Source: an uncultured Nitrososphaeria archaeon (lineage in GTDB: Archaea; Thermoproteota; Nitrososphaeria; Geothermarchaeales; JDFR-13). Taken from it: a stretch of DNA of 64,000 bases. The stretch is taken from the NCBI GenBank assembly GCA_964437705.1, contig CAYTHX010000003.1, positions 65,229 through 129,228 of the forward strand, read 5' to 3'. Every line of letters begins with the position of its first letter. The stretch's first letter is position 1. Both the position numbers and the translations under genes were made by a program. Positions 59,406 through 64,000 of this stretch are shown here, piece by piece. Under the pieces are notes generated by a model. The model saw only the letters and a program-made list of their open reading frames with translations. It was not told the origin of the DNA and ran no database searches.

Positions 59406-60521
59406 CTAAAAGAAGGCTTTACCACTACTCTTATCAAATAAATGAATTTTATCCATCATAAAGCTAATATTTATAGTATCACCTTCATTAACCTCCTGTT
59501 CACCAGGAACTACAGCATTAAGCATAATCCCTCCAACACTAATATGCACAATCTTATCCCTACCCAGAGGCTCAACTATATATACATTTCCACTATACTC
59601 ACCTTCACCAACAATTATATGCTCAGGTCTAACTCCAAGTATAACCTCGCCACTAGCACTTAACTCCTTAAGAAGCTTGCTCTGATCAGCTAGAAGAGGT
59701 ATAGATATCTCACCAATATCTACGTAGGCTTTCTCGCCATCCCACCTCAGCGACCCATCAATAAGGTTCATAGGAACACTTCCTATGAACCCAGCTACAA
59801 ATGTATTTGCAGGCTTATTGTAGAGTTCGGATGGCGTTGCATACTGCTGAAGCTGACCACGATTAAGAACAGCAATTCTATCAGCCATAGTCATAGCCTC
59901 AACCTGATCATGGGTAACATAGATAGTAGTTATCCCAAGATCCTTCTGCATCTTCTTTAACTCAGCCCTCATCTGAACACGAAGCTTAGCATCAAGATTA
60001 GATAGAGGCTCGTCCATGAGGAAGAGCTGAGGCTCCTTAACTAGCGCCCTAGCTAGCGCAACCCTCTGCTGCTGACCACCACTAAGCTGTGCAGGCTTCC
60101 TATTAAGAAGCTCCGCAATATTAAGAAGCTTCGCTACACGCCTAACCTTCTCCTCAATCTCCTGCCTAGGCCGCTTCTTAAGCTTAAGCGGAAACGCAAT
60201 ATTATCAAACACGGTCATATGCGGGTACAACGCATAACTTTGGAAAACCATACCAATATTCCTATCCTTAGGAGGAATATCATTCATCAAAATATCATCA
60301 AAATATATGTAACCACTACTAGGCCTATAGATACCAGCAATCATTAGCAAAGTAGTGGTCTTCCCACAGCCAGAAGGGCCAAGCAAAGCAATAAATTCAC
60401 TATCACGAATCTCCAAATTAAGATTATCAACAGCCTTCACACGCCCAAAGTACTTAGTCAAATTAACAAGCCTAACACTCACCATACCCAAACCACCAGA
60501 AAAACAAAAAGGGAAAACCAC
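59406..60521 (-). CDS. ABC transporter ATP-binding protein (MalK-like) with C-terminal TOBE-like domain.
   Basis: Walker A GPSGCGKTT. Signature LSGGQQQRVALARAL. Walker B LFLMDEP. H-loop TTIYVTHD. Confidence 0.9.
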   Translation of the reverse strand: MVFPFCFSGGLGMVSVRLVNLTKYFGRVKAVDNLNLEIRDSEFIALLGPSGCGKTTTLLMIAGIYRPSSGYIYFDDILMNDIPPKDRNIGMVFQSYALYPHMTVFDNIAFPLKLKKRPRQEIEEKVRRVAKLLNIAELLNRKPAQLSGGQQQRVALARALVKEPQLFLMDEPLSNLDAKLRVQMRAELKKMQKDLGITTIYVTHDQVEAMTMADRIAVLNRGQLQQYATPSELYNKPANTFVAGFIGSVPMNLIDGSLRWDGEKAYVDIGEISIPLLADQSKLLKELSASGEVILGVRPEHIIVGEGEYSGNVYIVEPLGRDKIVHISVGGIMLNAVVPGEQEVNEGDTINISFMMDKIHLFDKSSGKAFF

Positions 60522-60925
60522 AGCCAGAAAAACAAGAAGCCCTAAAAATAAATAGAAAACACCTAATAAAAAACAATTTACTTATAAACACAAAACATAA
60601 TATCCAGAATACATAATATTCTTTGAGAAGTAGGATGGGAAATTGAAGGTCATAAATAAAGGGAGAATTAGGAAAAATTGGAGAATATTCATAAAGAAAG
60701 GCTCAATAAAATATATACGCAGAAAACCAAGAGCCGCACAAGGGCTACGTTGGATATAACCATAAAAATTCGACTATCAAACCTTCTGAGAGAAAAACAA
60801 AAACCACAGAGAAAATACAAGAATTAAAACCAGAAATAAGTTTTACTCTACATTAGCTCGTAAAATACCTTTTATTTTCGCTATAGTAACTTGAGTTACA
60901 GTTAATTAATAATTTTCTAGCATAA

Positions 60926-61726
60926 TTGCGTTTGTTGGTGCAATATATGAAGCCTGGACTATCAAGGCTAGCAGTTATTTTCATAGTAACGGTACTACTA
61001 GGAGTAATATTTGGAATGGTATGTCAAATATCAGGATTATTCTCAACAACGGAAGATGAAACGTCATCAATTATCGCAAACCTAAACTTCATCCTTAACG
61101 TTGGTGAACCAATCTACATCGAGAAATTAGAGTTTGAATCAATATGGCCAGGACAAACCGGAACAATGAAAATTACTCTCAAAAACCTAGCCTCAGTCAA
61201 CTATACAGTCCACATCAAGAATAAGGGGTTAATAGCTCCAAATAAAAAAGCAATAGTAATCGATTTTGAACCAGTATCGATAAACTTACTAGCTTACGCA
61301 GAAACAACTATCGATGTACCATTTAAAGTTAAAAGCGGAGCACCCATCGGAGTATACGAAATAGTAATAGCAATATACAGAGGGAAAGACATAAACAACG
61401 CACTACTCATAACAGAAATACACCTAGTAGGATATGTCGGTGGAGAACCAATACAAGTCAGAGCCGTAACCCTACCATCACTATGGCCAGGATCCTCAGG
61501 AATAATCACCCTAGACATCGAAAACATATCAGACATCCCATACAACATATCCATATCCCTAAAAGACGTCACAGGACCAAACGGCAAAAGCAACCACATA
61601 ACCCTAAACGGAGGAATATATCTAATAAAAGGCAAAGCATACACACAAATAGATGTACCAGTCACACTATCAGACAACGCACCAGTAGGAACCTACACAA
61701 TCAGCATCAACATAAAACGAACATAA
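60926..61726 (+). CDS. Secreted/membrane-anchored protein with two tandem beta-rich repeats, hypothetical.
   Basis: N-terminal TM/signal. Two ~90-aa repeats (LW/WPG...G.ITL.I.N.S...Y...I). Confidence 0.4.
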   Translation: MRLLVQYMKPGLSRLAVIFIVTVLLGVIFGMVCQISGLFSTTEDETSSIIANLNFILNVGEPIYIEKLEFESIWPGQTGTMKITLKNLASVNYTVHIKNKGLIAPNKKAIVIDFEPVSINLLAYAETTIDVPFKVKSGAPIGVYEIVIAIYRGKDINNALLITEIHLVGYVGGEPIQVRAVTLPSLWPGSSGIITLDIENISDIPYNISISLKDVTGPNGKSNHITLNGGIYLIKGKAYTQIDVPVTLSDNAPVGTYTISINIKRT

Positions 61727-61973
61727 CACAACAAAACCATAAAATAACTATCCTAACACAGCAAAATCTAAAGCATAATGAGTATAATTCTCAACACCTA
61801 ACCAAATAATCCTCATAAAAATTTAAAGTCCCATTTCCTAGAAAAAGGAGTATTACAAACTAACTAATCAGATATTGGTAAAAACGAAATGTAGTTATTA
61901 TCGTGATATGATAAGTATAGTAATTTCGAGAAGCTAAAGGAAAACCTTTGGAGAAAAGGTTGTTGGTGGTGGG

Positions 61974-63122
61974 CTAAAACTCTACATCTAGTAGCTTTAT
62001 CCATACTTGATTTAACAAGGTATTAGAGTACTGTGTAATTCCAAATGTTCTTACAATCACGCTTGGTAATACATACGTCATATCAAGCAATGCCCCTACA
62101 CTTAAATAGAGAAGAAGACCGGTCTTCCTATCATATGCTACTGAAAGCAAATCAGGAAAGCCTATCGATACATATTCCTTACCATCATATAACACTCCTC
62201 TAATATACTCAGTAACATTTAACTGGAAATCACACTCCCTACACAAATTAATTGAATAATTATACTCTACCAATGAATGCACATACTCCCATGACTTATA
62301 ACTCAAATCAATAGAACTCAAGAAAACACGATCATCATGTACAATTAACTTACCATCCTTATACTTAAACAACGGTTTTATAGCTATACGCTGCCTATAT
62401 AGACATGAACAATTAGATAAAACCTGAATTACCCTTTTTACATCTCCCTCAGACACTGGATAAATAATAGAGCTAAATGGCAACATAGACTTATTACTAT
62501 AAATCTGGCGATTAGCAGGAATCACTTTACCACTAGACATACGAAAGTCTCTATCAGCAGTATTTGAGGAGTTAAGGAGGATAAGGGTCGCCTGACCATT
62601 AATCCTTTTAGATGGATACTCGACAACATGAGTATCCGCCAGACTATAAAGCAAAAGAGTACACTCCTGCTTCAAGTCATTTTGACTAAGCCAAAATACC
62701 CACTCTCCAACTTTCCTCCCACTTTCATCAACAGTTTCTCCACTACATAAGTCGACAGTAACAATTCTAGACATAATTAACTTATTAAATACTGATAGGT
62801 AATAATCACCCTTATTACTCCAAGAACTATCAATCTTAGGCTTAGGTGAATACTCTTTACCCATCTTAGCAATACCGTCAGTAAAAGTAAGAGTAACATT
62901 CACTTTAGCACAATCATCTCTACGATCCACAACACAAATATCAATATACAACCTATTGAAAGCGATAACCAGAGCCTTTCCCTTATCCAAAGATGGATTC
63001 TCACTAAAATCGCGTAAATACTCCCAATAATCCCTATAAAGCAACATCGCAAAATAAGCTCTCTTTTCTTTAACTATATCCTGATAATTCGAAAAATACT
63101 CGTTGCAGGTAGAACCATCCAC
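61974..63122 (-). CDS. Hypothetical protein, possibly the frameshifted continuation of the 63074..63292 signal-peptide ORF.
   Basis: ORF only. The upstream overlapping ORF encodes a hydrophobic N-terminal segment in another frame. Confidence 0.3.
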   Translation of the reverse strand: MDGSTCNEYFSNYQDIVKEKRAYFAMLLYRDYWEYLRDFSENPSLDKGKALVIAFNRLYIDICVVDRRDDCAKVNVTLTFTDGIAKMGKEYSPKPKIDSSWSNKGDYYLSVFNKLIMSRIVTVDLCSGETVDESGRKVGEWVFWLSQNDLKQECTLLLYSLADTHVVEYPSKRINGQATLILLNSSNTADRDFRMSSGKVIPANRQIYSNKSMLPFSSIIYPVSEGDVKRVIQVLSNCSCLYRQRIAIKPLFKYKDGKLIVHDDRVFLSSIDLSYKSWEYVHSLVEYNYSINLCRECDFQLNVTEYIRGVLYDGKEYVSIGFPDLLSVAYDRKTGLLLYLSVGALLDMTYVLPSVIVRTFGITQYSNTLLNQVWIKLLDVEF

Positions 63123-63384
63123 TGAGGAAGATTATCCCCAGCAACACTAACCTCATACCTCAAATGAAGACCAGAAACGATAAAACCAGAATATACCACA
63201 CTCGGAAAACTAATCATAGAAACTAGAGAAACAGCAAGAAGAACAGCGATCACAACACAAATACACTTTAATACTCGCAACCCACCACCCACTTAAAAAC
63301 CGCAAAAAAGAAAACATAAATATTCCTAAAAACAAAAATAACATATAACACATTATAGACACACGACATACTATTCTTTAGGAA

Positions 63385-63993
63385 TTGCCTGAAGCAAAAT
63401 ACAGCAAAGTATACTATGCTCACCCAACATTTACATACGGCACACTATGCGAAAAAAGAGCACTAGAAATAATCTCACAAACATTCCCAGAAGCTAAAAT
63501 CGTAAACCCAGCAGACTACCAATTCATTACACACGGAGGAGGAATGGAAATATTCTACATGCTACTCGATACATGCGACGCCATAGTCTACACAGAAATC
63601 TCCGGATTCGTAACAGCAGGAGTAGCCAACGAAATCAAAAGAGCACTAGAACAAGGAAAAGACGTCTACAAACTAGACTGGAGAACAGGAGAAATCACTA
63701 AAATAAACAAACCACCCAAAAACACCCTAGACATACAAACAACAAAACTACTCCAAAAAACACTCTACACACAAAACATAGACGACACAGAACTCGAACA
63801 AAAAAATAAACACAAAAATCAAAGAACTAGGCGAAATCATAGACAGAAAAACAGCACTACAACTCATAGCAAAACAAACAAAACCACAAAAACCAAAACC
63901 AAACATAAAAATAGACCCAATAAGCCGACACTACCACTGGTGGCAAGAACCGAAATATGCACAAATCCCGGTAGACAACGAGAAAATAACTAG
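63385..63993 (+). CDS. Hypothetical protein. The 3' part is low-complexity and an alternative frame stays open to the window end.
   Basis: The N-terminal 110 aa look globular. A different frame carries a protein-like sequence ending ...HWWQEPKYAQIPVDNEKITRLI, which runs to the window edge. Confidence 0.25.
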   Translation: MPEAKYSKVYYAHPTFTYGTLCEKRALEIISQTFPEAKIVNPADYQFITHGGGMEIFYMLLDTCDAIVYTEISGFVTAGVANEIKRALEQGKDVYKLDWRTGEITKINKPPKNTLDIQTTKLLQKTLYTQNIDDTELEQKNKHKNQRTRRNHRQKNSTTTHSKTNKTTKTKTKHKNRPNKPTLPLVARTEICTNPGRQRENN

Positions 63994-64000
63994 ATTAATT

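Noticed and set aside
61483-61809. 108-aa highly basic ORF (HPRHRKHIRH...)
   Set aside because: It lies inside and out of frame with the 60926-61726 gene. It is a low-complexity translation artefact of the A/C-rich strand.

Overview
AT-rich (about one third G+C by eye) archaeal chromosomal segment with crenarchaeal, Sulfolobales-like gene content and organisation. Supporting observations: RadA, Orc1/Cdc6, TFB, Alba, archaeal DnaG, Sec61beta, a solitary 5S rRNA, intron-containing tRNAs with introns at non-canonical positions, and largely A-ending codons. The first 55 kb is a dense, conserved informational/housekeeping region. It contains a 5'-truncated SMC-family ATPase followed by ScpA-like and ScpB-like genes, and the cluster S8e-SRP19-Gar1-TFB. 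Further genes encode RlmE, Trm1, RNase HII, a DUF47/PiT phosphate transporter pair, a very large N-glycosylation-sequon-rich surface protein, RadA, Asn/Asp-tRNA synthetase, Orc1/Cdc6, CCA-adding enzyme, ThpR-like 2H phosphoesterase, RNase Z, Trm11-like methyltransferase, PRPP synthetase, NcsA-like tRNA thiolase, a site-2 protease, Pelota, DnaG and a small TOPRIM protein. The region also has TyrRS, PheRS beta/alpha, TrpRS, archaeal PPAT, methionine aminopeptidase, 5S rRNA, Alba, Sec61beta, the r-protein block L3-L4-L23-L2-S19, a SPOUT methylase, DeoC and four tRNAs (Leu-GAG, Ala-GGC, Val-GAC and one unresolved). The last ~8 kb holds a sugar-type ABC transporter (SBP, two permeases, ATPase) and several hypothetical, partly secreted proteins. 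This block lies in a striking strand-asymmetric region in which the + strand is A+C rich and G poor. I found no CRISPR array, no recognisable transposase, and no convincing novel defence or mobile system. The most unusual signals are the composition-shifted 3' block, three tRNA genes with non-canonical intervening sequences, a GC-rich structured intergenic RNA candidate between pheT and tyrS, operator-like palindromes at the cdc6 and radA promoters, and a condensin-like SMC-ScpA-ScpB gene trio.
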